Assembly: GCF_051307035.1 (NCBI RefSeq)
Contig: NZ_CP195536.1
Span: forward strand, 930,001 to 962,000
Direction: 5' to 3'
Source of the DNA: Psychrobacter sp. DM4
GTDB taxonomy: Bacteria; Pseudomonadota; Gammaproteobacteria; Pseudomonadales; Moraxellaceae
Length of the DNA stretch: 32,000 nucleotides
Below are positions 8,991 to 18,342 of this stretch, one piece after another. The position numbers and the translations under genes are program-made. The notes under the pieces are model-generated. The model did not search any database. It was given only the letters and a program-made list of their open reading frames with translations, and was not told the DNA's origin. How positions within the stretch are numbered: position 1 is the first letter of the stretch; every line of letters begins with the position of its first letter.

Positions 8991-10502
8991 ATGTCTGCCT
9001 CACCTTTAACGCCTCTCGATTATATTGCTACAGGGTATTGGCAGGACTTCCTAGCGGGACGTCCTATCGCAGGCGGTCTAGCTTACGAGACAGAATTACA
9101 AAGCTGTAGGTTAGATGAGTCTTTGGATAGTTTGCAACGTATCGATACTTTGTTATCACAAATACGTCGTGAGCTAATAAAAGCGGATAGTTGGGATGAA
9201 GATAAAATAGTAGCAGATGAGCGTTATCGCAATTTTCTTATTTTTTTGGGATTTTATGCGGGGCGTGTTCTAGCGCTAGAGGGTCAGTATACAGCGCACT
9301 GGTATGGTCAGTTTGAGTTGCAAAAGCGTCATCCTAAGCTTGTATTAACGGTAGACGATTTTTATCAGCATATGGCCGTTGTTTATCGTCAGGATGATGA
9401 CGCTATTAATAAGCCAAACGACTTATTTTTCGCTTTGGAGCCTTTAGGACTGCGCTTGTTCGGTCATATCGATCGTCCCTTTATAGCAGTGCAAGGCGGT
9501 AAAGTCGCAAGCGGGCTATACCAAGCGGTTAAAATGCGTTTGCCTCCTAATATGCATTTAGAGAGTACGCGTTTACCTAAAAATACTCTTGATCAAAATC
9601 TTAACGCTCAACCTTCTATAACAAGTCCGCAAATAGCTAGTGAGTACACTAAAAGTATCGAGCCAGATATCAATATCGCAAATAATTCAAACGTTAGTCA
9701 AAACTTAGAATTAGAACCAAAAAATACTCAAAATATAGCATTCGAGCACCTAGAAAAGCCATTTGCCACGGAAACAGATAGTCAGTCGTTAAACTCTAAG
9801 TTATCTAAAGAGAACGCTTCGCCGTCGCAATCGACAGTAGCGCCTGCTGAAGTGAGTCTAGAACCTGCCACACAAAAGCCACAAGCACCCAAAATATCCA
9901 CTACGCCTGAGATCTTTGCTCAATTACTAAGAGAATTAGATGAGATCGAAGTCATACAGACCGCAGGTATGGATGATTACAACCGCGCACATAAGGTACT
10001 TGATCAGTTCGAGCAATATATCGCTAAGCAAAGCAAATCACGCCTTGAGGTTCAGTTTTCAGGGTCGCACAAGAGCGCTCGCCAAAAAGCCTTGTCTGTT
10101 TTGCAAACTTCAGCCCATGCTGGTAATAGCGCAGCGATGCTACGACTGGCAATGTATGAGTTGCTCTTTGAGGGTCTATCCAAGGATAAAGAGACAGGCA
10201 TGGCATCAGGAGTGAGTTTGGTTGAGCAAGCAGCGCATAAAAACGACAGCCGAGCCCAACGTCTACTCAGTAAACTGTATTATCAAGGTGTTGGAGTGAC
10301 GCAGGACGTTGACAAAGGTAAATACTGGCTAGAGCAAGCGGCGGATAATGGTCATAGTGAAGCTGCAAGTATCGTGAACCAGTGGCAGCAAGCAGATATG
10401 CTCATAACGACACAAAAACAAGAACAACATAGCATCAAGCGCTATCAATTATTAATTGGTGTGGTGGTTATTGTAGCGCTACTACTCATCATATTTGTTT
10501 AA
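8991..10502 (+). CDS. Sel1/TPR-repeat protein with a C-terminal transmembrane anchor; function unknown
   Basis: Sel1-like repeats are present (AHAGNSAAMLRLAMYE..., AAHKNDSRAQRLLSKLYYQGVGVTQDVDKGKYWLEQAADNGHSEAA). The terminal hydrophobic stretch LLIGVVVIVALLLIIFV ends the protein, and there is no N-terminal signal peptide. Confidence 0.7.
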   Translation: MSASPLTPLDYIATGYWQDFLAGRPIAGGLAYETELQSCRLDESLDSLQRIDTLLSQIRRELIKADSWDEDKIVADERYRNFLIFLGFYAGRVLALEGQYTAHWYGQFELQKRHPKLVLTVDDFYQHMAVVYRQDDDAINKPNDLFFALEPLGLRLFGHIDRPFIAVQGGKVASGLYQAVKMRLPPNMHLESTRLPKNTLDQNLNAQPSITSPQIASEYTKSIEPDINIANNSNVSQNLELEPKNTQNIAFEHLEKPFATETDSQSLNSKLSKENASPSQSTVAPAEVSLEPATQKPQAPKISTTPEIFAQLLRELDEIEVIQTAGMDDYNRAHKVLDQFEQYIAKQSKSRLEVQFSGSHKSARQKALSVLQTSAHAGNSAAMLRLAMYELLFEGLSKDKETGMASGVSLVEQAAHKNDSRAQRLLSKLYYQGVGVTQDVDKGKYWLEQAADNGHSEAASIVNQWQQADMLITTQKQEQHSIKRYQLLIGVVVIVALLLIIFV

Positions 10503-10628
10503 GTCTATACAGCGTCGTGTCTAGTTCAAAGTTCTAGCTCAAAGTTGTCGTTACTACGATAAGTAAAATTCTATTACAACAAGCGCGCTCATCAAACTTC
10601 ACGTTGTTTTTTTTATCTGAGCTATTCC

Positions 10629-12209
10629 ATGCCATCTTCCCATCTTCCGTCTTCGAGTACAACAGAGCAATCCGTGCTGTCAAAAACGTGTCAGCCGCCT
10701 TTTTATTATCGACTCATCATCAGCTTACTAAAGCCTTTGTATCGCATGCAAGTCTGGCGACGCTCGCATAAAAATGATAATTACCAGCAAGAAGTGGCGC
10801 AGCGTTTTGGCAAGTGTTATCCGCCGCGCCCAGTATCTCAAGGCATTACTAGTCAAACTCATCTTGATAGAAATGGCAACAATATAAATAACCATCAATC
10901 GGTGATTTGGTGTCATGCCGTGTCTTTAGGTGAGACCAATACCGTCGCGCCACTGCTCGATGCCTTGCTCGCAAAGGGCTATCAGGTGTGGCTGACCAAT
11001 ACTACGCAGACAGGATTTGCACGGGGTGCTAGTCGCTTCGCTGAAGATATCGCAGCAGGTAGGCTGAGTCATAGTTATGTTCCTGTAGACACACCTGCGG
11101 TGATTGAGACGTTCTTATCACATGTACGGCCTATCACGGCTTTATTTATAGAGACGGAGCTATGGGCTAACATTCTAAGCAAACTGTCCGAACATAGGAT
11201 ACCTAGCATCTTAGTCAATGGTCGTCTGTCCGCATCATCTTTTAAGCGCTATCAAAAGATAGAATCGGTCAGCGCTAGCATGATGGAAAATCTAACCCTC
11301 ATCATTGCGCAAGATGAAGAATCGGCCAAACGCTTTCGTCAGTTGGGCGCTTATAGCACAAAGATTCGGGTGGCAGGGTCGCTCAAATGGGTAATCAATA
11401 CGCCACAAATTACCGCGAAAAATCCCAAAGTATCAGCTGTACTTGAAGAAAAGACGGCTAAAAATGTAGTCACGAAAGAGCCAAGAGTGAAGCAATCTCT
11501 AAACCCTATCAACGCCGAACCAAACGCCTTAGCGCGTCCGATTTGGGTAGCCGCGAGCACCCATAGTGGCGAAGAGACGACAGCCCTTAGCTTACATAAA
11601 CGGCTGCTAGCAGTATCAGCGCTTAGCAATGCCTTGCTTATCATCGTACCCAGACATCCAGAGCGTTTTGATGACGTTGCTACGCTTATTAAAGAGTCAG
11701 AATTAACGCTGGCTCGGCGTAGTTTTGATGAACAAATCACGTCGCAGACCCAAATTTATCTAGCAGACAGTATGGGCGAGCTTATGCACTGGTATAAACT
11801 TGCTGATGTGGCATTGGTCGGTGGCTCTTTAGTTGATATCGGCGGACATAATCCAGTGGAACCTGCCAGCATTGGCACGCCAGTAATAATAGGACGCTAC
11901 ACGCAATCATGTCAGAGCGTGGTGGATAAGCTGGCGAGCGCTGGCGCGCTGTATCAACCTCATAATGACTATTATGTAGCCATCAAAAATAAAGTGCCAG
12001 AAATCTCTAAAGATGGCACCCACAACCAAGTCGAAGACGACAGCACACTGATTTATGAGCACTTAAAGCTATGGCTGAGTGATTCAGAGTTAGCATTAAA
12101 GGTAGGTAAGGCGGGCGAGAAAATGACGGTAGAGCAGCAGTCGGTTTTAACGCGGCAACTTACTATGATTGAAGCGATTATAGAAGAGTTTTCAGCGATA
12201 AAGGCTTGA
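10629..12209 (+). CDS. waaA: 3-deoxy-D-manno-octulosonic acid (Kdo) transferase
   Basis: HAVSLGETNTVAPLLDALL, GSLKW, WVAASTHSGEE, IVPRHPERF, ADSMGEL and VGGSLVDIGGHNPVEPA align by eye with E. coli WaaA (HSVSVGETLAAIPLVRAL, GSLKFD, WIATSTHEGEE, LVPRHPERF, GDTMGEL, VGGSLVERGGHNPLEAA). Confidence 0.9.
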   Translation: MPSSHLPSSSTTEQSVLSKTCQPPFYYRLIISLLKPLYRMQVWRRSHKNDNYQQEVAQRFGKCYPPRPVSQGITSQTHLDRNGNNINNHQSVIWCHAVSLGETNTVAPLLDALLAKGYQVWLTNTTQTGFARGASRFAEDIAAGRLSHSYVPVDTPAVIETFLSHVRPITALFIETELWANILSKLSEHRIPSILVNGRLSASSFKRYQKIESVSASMMENLTLIIAQDEESAKRFRQLGAYSTKIRVAGSLKWVINTPQITAKNPKVSAVLEEKTAKNVVTKEPRVKQSLNPINAEPNALARPIWVAASTHSGEETTALSLHKRLLAVSALSNALLIIVPRHPERFDDVATLIKESELTLARRSFDEQITSQTQIYLADSMGELMHWYKLADVALVGGSLVDIGGHNPVEPASIGTPVIIGRYTQSCQSVVDKLASAGALYQPHNDYYVAIKNKVPEISKDGTHNQVEDDSTLIYEHLKLWLSDSELALKVGKAGEKMTVEQQSVLTRQLTMIEAIIEEFSAIKA

Positions 12210-12263
12210 ATCATTTCTATGCTCAAACGCTCATAAATCAATTTACTGTAAACGGCATTTTAT

Positions 12264-13016
12264 ATGAACTGTATATTACTACCCGCCGCCAATATCACTT
12301 TGCCTACTGCGCAAATTGATGATGCCAAACATATTGAGCATATCAATAAAGTGCTTGGATTACAGATAGGGGATAGTCTGAAAATAGGGCAACTCGGCGG
12401 CAACCTCGGTAGCGCTATTATTGAGCGAATAGCGCCGCATCAGATTCAATTGTGCAAGGTCAAACTGACAGTTAAACCGCCACCTAAGCTTGATGTTACT
12501 GTAATTCTAGCATTACCACGTCCAAAGGTGTTGCGGCGCTTGATAATGGATATGACCGCCTTAGGGGTACGCGATATCGTGTTGATCAACAGCTACCGTA
12601 CGCAAAAGAGTTATTGGCAAAGTCCGATGCTGAATCGTCTCGATGAGTTTGTGTTAGAAGGATTACAGCAGAGCGTCGATACTGTTGCGCCTAATATCAG
12701 TCTAGAAAAACGCTTTAAACCCTTTGTCGAGGACAAGCTTGCAGACTTAATCACTACAAGTGCTATTGTCGCGCACCCTTATAGTCAGTTGTCACTGACG
12801 CAATACAACCAAGCATCGTCGTCCAATGAGACTCATCTGCAACAGCCACTACCTTCTGTGGTCTGTATCGGTAGCGAAGGGGGCTGGATCGATTATGAGA
12901 TTGAGCTACTCGCCAAACAAAGATGCCAAGCGGTCAACGTTGGGTTAAGAATATTGCGTACTGAAGCGGCGGTCAATGTGATTTTAGGGCAGTGGTTACT
13001 GGGTAGTCATTGCTAA
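12264..13016 (+). CDS. rsmE: 16S rRNA (uracil1498-N3)-methyltransferase family protein (RsmE-like SPOUT methyltransferase)
   Basis: ILALPRPKVLRRLIMDMTALGVRDIVLINSYRTQ, IGSEGGWIDYEIELL and LGLRILRTEAA are the characteristic RsmE blocks. Confidence 0.8.
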   Translation: MNCILLPAANITLPTAQIDDAKHIEHINKVLGLQIGDSLKIGQLGGNLGSAIIERIAPHQIQLCKVKLTVKPPPKLDVTVILALPRPKVLRRLIMDMTALGVRDIVLINSYRTQKSYWQSPMLNRLDEFVLEGLQQSVDTVAPNISLEKRFKPFVEDKLADLITTSAIVAHPYSQLSLTQYNQASSSNETHLQQPLPSVVCIGSEGGWIDYEIELLAKQRCQAVNVGLRILRTEAAVNVILGQWLLGSHC

Positions 13017-13095
13017 CAAATAGGGTTCAAAAGCCTACTATATATAACAATGAGTAAAGAAATTTATAGAGGGTTAGTTATGCTAAATAAATGTA

Positions 13096-13124
13096 TTGAT
13101 AATTAATCTCATTTAGATTAGTAT
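13096..13124 (+). promoter_or_regulatory. Candidate fbpA promoter (TTGATA-17-TAGTAT) overlapped by a Fur-box-like site
   Basis: TGATAAT-T-AATCTCA (13097-13111) matches the 7-1-7 Fur consensus TGATAATnATTATCA at 12 of 14 positions. It sits between the -35 and -10 hexamers upstream of an iron-uptake operon. Confidence 0.45.
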
Positions 13125-13284
13125 GTTGTTTTCGGACTTATGAGTCCATTACACTTATTACTTGATATCTAAAAATAGTAGTTATTGATGCAAAGTATTT
13201 TACTAATATTTCTTAGCAAAAGTAGCTATTACAAAATCATTTATCCTAAAAAGCATCTATTATCATAGTACTGCGGAGAGAACC

Positions 13285-14388
13285 ATGTCATCGAACGCTA
13301 TTAGCACACCTTTAGCCAAAAAGATCCTACCTATTGCCGTATTTGGCGCTATGTTAGGGTTAGCAGGCTGCAACAATGCCTCTACTCCTGAGACTAACAC
13401 TGATAGCGAAGCGGTTACCGATCCCTCCGAGAACACGGCTGTTAATAGCGATGAGCCTACGGTTACGATCTACTCGTCACGTAATGAGCAGCTGATTAAG
13501 CCGTTACTCGATCGCTATACCAAAGAGACAGGTATCGAGGTTGAGCTGGTGACTGATAAAGATGGCCCTCTCATGGCGCGCCTGCAAGCTGAAGGCAATA
13601 ATACTCCTGCTGATATGCTACTAACCGTTGACGCAGGTAACTTGTGGCAAGCAGGACAGCAAGGTCTCTTACAACCGGTTGCATCAGAGATTCTAACTGC
13701 TAATGTTCCTGCCAAATATCGCGATCCAAAAGGTCAGTGGACCGGTTTGTCACTGCGCGCGCGTACTATATTCTATGATCCAAGCAAAATCGATGCCGAA
13801 GAACTGTCTACTTATGCTGATTTGGCTGATCCAAAATGGAGGGGCAAGTTATGTTTGCGTACCTCTAAAAAAGTCTATAACCAGTCTTTGGTCGCCAGCA
13901 TGATAGAGCACTTAGGTGAAGCTGAAACTGAAGCGGTCATACGCGGCTGGGTGGATAACCTCGCCACTGATGTATTTAGTGATGATACGAGCCTGCTTGA
14001 AGCTATCGCAGCGGGTCAGTGTGAAGTCGGTATCGCAAACAGCTACTATTATGGTCGTCTACTCGATGAAAAGCCTGATTTCCCTGTTAATATATTCTGG
14101 GCTAATCAAGGTGACACCGGCACTCATGTCAATATATCTGGTGCAGGCGTAGTCGCAGGATCGGACAATCCAGATGGCGCGCTCAAATTGATGGAGTGGT
14201 TGTCATCTGATGAGGCGCAAGGTATCTATGCTAGTGCCGATAAAGAATATCCTGTAAAAGCAGGCGTTGATGAGTCAGATATGCTTAGATCTTGGGGTAC
14301 GTTTAAACAAGATGATATCTATGTACAAAAATTCGGCGAGCTTCAAACTGGGGCTATTCAGATGATGGATAAAGCGGGTTATAAATAA
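13285..14388 (+). CDS. fbpA: Fe(3+) ABC transporter periplasmic substrate-binding lipoprotein (FbpA/AfuA/HitA family)
   Basis: LGLAGC provides a lipobox. VTIYSSRNEQLIKPLLDRYTKETGIEVELV, DMLLTVDAGNLWQA, GLSLRARTIFY and IANSYYYGRL are typical of ferric-binding proteins. It is the first gene of a binding-protein/permease/ATPase operon. Confidence 0.85.
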   Translation: MSSNAISTPLAKKILPIAVFGAMLGLAGCNNASTPETNTDSEAVTDPSENTAVNSDEPTVTIYSSRNEQLIKPLLDRYTKETGIEVELVTDKDGPLMARLQAEGNNTPADMLLTVDAGNLWQAGQQGLLQPVASEILTANVPAKYRDPKGQWTGLSLRARTIFYDPSKIDAEELSTYADLADPKWRGKLCLRTSKKVYNQSLVASMIEHLGEAETEAVIRGWVDNLATDVFSDDTSLLEAIAAGQCEVGIANSYYYGRLLDEKPDFPVNIFWANQGDTGTHVNISGAGVVAGSDNPDGALKLMEWLSSDEAQGIYASADKEYPVKAGVDESDMLRSWGTFKQDDIYVQKFGELQTGAIQMMDKAGYK

Positions 14389-14491
14389 CAGCAAAAAATA
14401 AGAGCAAATAGAGATTATCGGTAATAAAAACACTCTCATCTAGCTTTATTTATATACAATAGAGATAGATGAGGACTATACCGAAAACGTC

Positions 14492-16144
14492 TTGCAAGGT
14501 AATACTATTAATAAATCAAATTTTAGCCAAAAGCGTGCTATCAACCGTGATTATACGGTTATACAGCATATTTTATCGAAATCAGTCTTAGGGCTGATTT
14601 CGTTGTTTATGCTGGTGCCGATTTTGATTGTACTGCTGTCATGGACGCAGCCAGTAGCTGATATTTGGACGCACATGGCGGACTACGTGCTGCCACAAGT
14701 CCTCAAAAACACTGCTATCTTGCTCGTCATGGTGACGGTACTCTCTGGTAGCATCGGGACGATATTAGCTTGGCTGACCAGCATGTACCGCTTCCCAGGG
14801 CAGCGGTTTTTTACTTGGGCACTGATGCTACCGCTTGCGATACCCGCTTATGTTTTGGCGTTTGTCACTGTAGGTATCGTTGATTTTAGTGGACCCTTAC
14901 AGACTTTTTTAAGGGATACTGGATTGACCACTGCCATACCGTCTGTGCGCAATGTCTGGGGCGCAGGGTTAATACTGTCACTGGCCTTTTATCCTTATGT
15001 ATATCTGCTTGCGCGTCAGGCTTTTTTGTCGCAAGGACGCCGCGCTATTGAAGCGGGTCAAATGCTAGGGTTTAGCCGCAGTCGGGTGTTTTTCAGATTG
15101 GCATTGCCGCAAGCGCTGCCTTGGATCATTGGTGGTTTGCTACTCGCTTGTATGGAGACTTTAGCGGACTTTGGCGCGGTATCGGTTTTCAATGTCGATA
15201 CCTTTACCACTGCCATCTACAAGGCATGGTTTGGGTTCTTTAGTTTAACGACCGCCGCCCAACTTGCAGCGTTATTAATTGGCGTGGTGTTTATTGTTGT
15301 GCTCTTTGAGCAGTATTGGCAAGCGCGGCGCGGTAATGTGGTGACTCAAGGTAGCAACCGACGCTTTGAAAGCAGTATTGTGAGCAAACTGGCTATGACG
15401 CTGTTTTGTACGACTGTCTTTTTGATTGCATTTTTGATCCCGTTTTTGCAGCTGATCTATTGGACCGCGATAAATTATCAAGAGGATTTTGACGCACGCT
15501 ACATCGATTTTGTGACCAATAGCTTAATGATTGCTAGCATGACTACTTTGCTTATTGCCTTTTTTGCCATTATTATCGCTTGGATCAAACGTCAATATCC
15601 TGACAAAACCACCAAGCTATTGACTACTTTAGCTAACCTAGGTTACGTCGTGCCCGGTACTGTGTTAGCCGTAGGGGTATTTATCCCTATTGCTTGGCTC
15701 GATAATCAGCTCATCGCCTTCGGTATTACCTCAAAGCAGTTTCTATCAGGTAGTGTGATTGTCATGCTGCTGGCATTATCAACGCGATTTTTGACCGTTA
15801 GTTTTCAGCCTGTGGATCGCCAATTACAGCGCTTGACTGTCAATCAAGAGGCTGCGGCCAAATTGCTCAGTGATAGTCCACTACAACGATGGCGACGTGT
15901 GGTATTACCTGTACTCAGTCCTGGCGTCCTTACTGCGCTCCTTATGGGTTTCGTTGAAGTGATGAAAGAGATGCCGATCACCTTGATGACGCGCCGCCAA
16001 GGCTGGGATACTCTAGCGGTACGAGTGTTTGAGATGACCAGTGAAGGCATGTGGGCGCGGGCAGCGCTACCAAGTCTGCTCATTGTGCTGGTAGGTCTTA
16101 TTCCCGTTTGGATACTCCTCAAACAAAGCGAAAAACAGGGTTAA
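14492..16144 (+). CDS. fbpB: Iron(III) ABC transporter permease (two fused permease halves, FbpB/HitB-like)
   Basis: About 12 predicted TM helices. There are two EAA-like loops (IEAGQMLGFSRSRVFFRLALP and QEAAAKLLSDSPLQRWRRVVLP). The TTG start is uncertain. Confidence 0.85.
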   Translation: MQGNTINKSNFSQKRAINRDYTVIQHILSKSVLGLISLFMLVPILIVLLSWTQPVADIWTHMADYVLPQVLKNTAILLVMVTVLSGSIGTILAWLTSMYRFPGQRFFTWALMLPLAIPAYVLAFVTVGIVDFSGPLQTFLRDTGLTTAIPSVRNVWGAGLILSLAFYPYVYLLARQAFLSQGRRAIEAGQMLGFSRSRVFFRLALPQALPWIIGGLLLACMETLADFGAVSVFNVDTFTTAIYKAWFGFFSLTTAAQLAALLIGVVFIVVLFEQYWQARRGNVVTQGSNRRFESSIVSKLAMTLFCTTVFLIAFLIPFLQLIYWTAINYQEDFDARYIDFVTNSLMIASMTTLLIAFFAIIIAWIKRQYPDKTTKLLTTLANLGYVVPGTVLAVGVFIPIAWLDNQLIAFGITSKQFLSGSVIVMLLALSTRFLTVSFQPVDRQLQRLTVNQEAAAKLLSDSPLQRWRRVVLPVLSPGVLTALLMGFVEVMKEMPITLMTRRQGWDTLAVRVFEMTSEGMWARAALPSLLIVLVGLIPVWILLKQSEKQG

Positions 16145-16245
16145 TATTTAAATCACTAAGCAGACCCTAATTTTGCACAGTATAAAACAATACAAAAACC
16201 CATCTCTAACCGCTGTTGCTCTCAATTATCTATCAATAGCTACTG

Positions 16246-17442
16246 GTGCCGTCTATGCCTACTGACCCAACTTACGATCAACCACATGCCAATAGCGCGA
16301 CTAATGGCGACCCTTATCTGCAAGTGCAGGACTTGGTCGTTGGCTACGACGATTTTGTTGTCGTAAAAGACCTATCGCTTGAGCTGCAACAAGGTGAGAT
16401 TGGCTGCTTTTTGGGTTATAGTGGCTGCGGCAAGACCACCGCATTACGGGCGATTGCCGGTTTAGAGCCGACTCGCGAGGGTATCATTAGCTTAAATGGT
16501 AAGCGTCTGACTAAGCAAACCGCGCGTACCTCTTTTGCAATCGCGCCAGCCAAACGCGGCATGGGTATGGTATTTCAGGACTATGCGTTATTTGGGCATC
16601 TAAGCGTCGCCAAAAATATCGCTTTTGGTCTCAATAAATGGTCAGCGGCAGACAGACGCGCGCGAGTAAACGAGATGCTCACCCTTGTTGAATTAACTGA
16701 GCATGCTGACAAGCGTCCCAACGAGCTCTCTGGTGGTCAACAGCAACGCGTGGCGCTAGCACGAGCTTTAGCGCCCAAGCCCAAACTACTATTACTCGAT
16801 GAGCCGTTTTCAAACCTAGATGTTATGTTGCGTGAGTCGTTGGCTATGAGTGTGCGCGATATTTTAAAACGTACCAATACTACTGCGATATTAGTGACGC
16901 ACGATCAAAACGAGGCATTTGCCATCGCGGATAAAGTTGGTGTTATGCATCGCGGCAAGCTCGTCCAGTGGGCAACGCCAAGTGAGTTGTATCATGAGCC
17001 AATCAGTCCCTTTGTCGCCGAATTCGTGGGCGAAGGGGCGATGATAGATGGCATTATAAAGGAAGGTCACGTTGAAACGGCGCTCGGTGATATTTATCGG
17101 CGCATGGAGGTCTATGATGAGATGGGACAATCGACATATTGTGAGTATGACTATCCTAATGGCACGCCTATCAAGGTACTGGTGCGACCTGACGATATCA
17201 TCCATGATGATGAAAGCACACAGACGGCGCTCGTCGTAGGACGGGTGTTTCGTGGTGCCAACTACCTATATCGCTTGCAACTCGATGACGGTCAGACTAT
17301 TTTGTCTTTAGTCCCAAGCCATCATAATCACGAAATTGGCTCACATATCGGTATTCTGCCTATACTTGAGCATGTGGTAGTATTCGATGAAAAAGAGATC
17401 AATGCTACGACGTGGTCAGAATATGACCGAGTAAATAGTTAA
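16246..17442 (+). CDS. fbpC: Iron(III) ABC transporter ATP-binding protein (FbpC-like)
   Basis: Walker A is GYSGCGKTT, the signature motif is LSGGQQQRVALARAL, Walker B is LLLLDEPFSNLD, and the H-loop is VTHDQ. A C-terminal TOBE-like domain is present. The start is either the GTG at 16246 or the ATG at 16255. Confidence 0.9.
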   Translation: MPSMPTDPTYDQPHANSATNGDPYLQVQDLVVGYDDFVVVKDLSLELQQGEIGCFLGYSGCGKTTALRAIAGLEPTREGIISLNGKRLTKQTARTSFAIAPAKRGMGMVFQDYALFGHLSVAKNIAFGLNKWSAADRRARVNEMLTLVELTEHADKRPNELSGGQQQRVALARALAPKPKLLLLDEPFSNLDVMLRESLAMSVRDILKRTNTTAILVTHDQNEAFAIADKVGVMHRGKLVQWATPSELYHEPISPFVAEFVGEGAMIDGIIKEGHVETALGDIYRRMEVYDEMGQSTYCEYDYPNGTPIKVLVRPDDIIHDDESTQTALVVGRVFRGANYLYRLQLDDGQTILSLVPSHHNHEIGSHIGILPILEHVVVFDEKEINATTWSEYDRVNS

Positions 17443-17472
17443 TTGAGTGCTTTAATTTATAATAATAAATCG

Positions 17473-18342
17473 TTAAAGACGACGCGCTAAGATATGTAAG
17501 TAACGCCCCATATGCTTAAAGGGTTCTTGATTAGAATAGCGTAGCTCCATTCGTATCACATCTTCAGGATTGTTATGGCCGCCGCGTTTGAGCGGTGCAT
17601 AATCGTGAAACACTCGCAAACCACTCTCTAACACTGTTTGATACTCATGCTGCTGTAGCCACGACTCTACCTCGACCTTGGCAACAGGGTAGTTGGGCGT
17701 CAGGCTTTTTTTATTATCTGCCTTGTAATCAGGGTTTTCTAATAAATTAAAATTACCCATAATCAGATTGCGATATACGAAGCTCGCTGGATTATAAAAG
17801 CACAAAGACAGTGCCCCGCAATCCGTTAAATGACGATCGAAGAAACGCATAATATCGCTAGGTTCTGCTAGCCATTCAAGCAAAGCATGACATAAAATTA
17901 AATCAAACTTATCCATCTTATTAATAGCAAGTTTATCTTCTAACTTCTGATAGGCGCAGGCGTGCCACGTTGTATTATCTAAAGTGTCCTGACAGGCTAT
18001 ACTGGCTTTAGCTTTATCTAGCATATTTGCGGAGATATCGTTAATCGCGACAGTATGACCTAACGCTGCCAGCTCAATCGCTATTTGCGCAAGTCCTGCA
18101 CCTACATCCAAAATGCGTAAGGGTCGCTCAAGCGTTTTACTCATATCTTCTGCATATTCAAAGATATCACGCCGCAACACGGCCAGTCTAATATCCCCTT
18201 TTAGACCGCCATAGACCTTTTTGGCAAAATGATCAGCGATATCATCAAAGCTACGATCAGATCGCTTATCTTCTGACTCTTGCTCTACTGAACTTGTCGT
18301 TTGGTGGGTGTTATTTTGATAAGTCTGATCTTCAATCTGCAT
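17473..18342 (-). CDS. cmoM: SAM-dependent methyltransferase, CmoM (SmtA)-like tRNA mcmo5U34 methyltransferase
   Basis: FDDIADHFAKKVYGGLKGDIRLAV, LRILDVGAGLAQIAIELAALGH, ALLEWLAEP, SLTPNYP, GLRVFHDY and MGRYLHILARR align by eye along the length of E. coli CmoM (FDDIAEKFSRNIYGTTKGQLR, LRVLDAGGGEG, AVLEWVADP, TLSPDYP, GVRVFHDY, LGRYIHVTARK). Confidence 0.8.
   Translation of the reverse strand: MQIEDQTYQNNTHQTTSSVEQESEDKRSDRSFDDIADHFAKKVYGGLKGDIRLAVLRRDIFEYAEDMSKTLERPLRILDVGAGLAQIAIELAALGHTVAINDISANMLDKAKASIACQDTLDNTTWHACAYQKLEDKLAINKMDKFDLILCHALLEWLAEPSDIMRFFDRHLTDCGALSLCFYNPASFVYRNLIMGNFNLLENPDYKADNKKSLTPNYPVAKVEVESWLQQHEYQTVLESGLRVFHDYAPLKRGGHNNPEDVIRMELRYSNQEPFKHMGRYLHILARRL

Noticed and set aside
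10521-10546. A tandem 13-bp direct repeat, CTAGTTCAAAGTT and CTAGCTCAAAGTT, just after the Sel1 gene
   Set aside because: There are only two copies in an AT-rich intergenic region. No associated structure or known motif is present, and the shared 10-mers elsewhere in the window are expected by chance at this length.
11351-11740. A 129-codon ORF antisense to waaA
   Set aside because: It is fully embedded in the well-supported waaA frame, has no RBS or motif, and has a Ser/Ala/Leu-rich shadow-ORF composition.
16891-17205. A 104-codon ORF antisense to fbpC, with similar antisense or off-frame ORFs at 15844-16122, 15275-15481, 13515-13715, 13703-14152 and 9940-10215
   Set aside because: All of them overlap strongly supported genes (fbpA, fbpB, fbpC and the Sel1 protein) and lack any family signature or translation signals.
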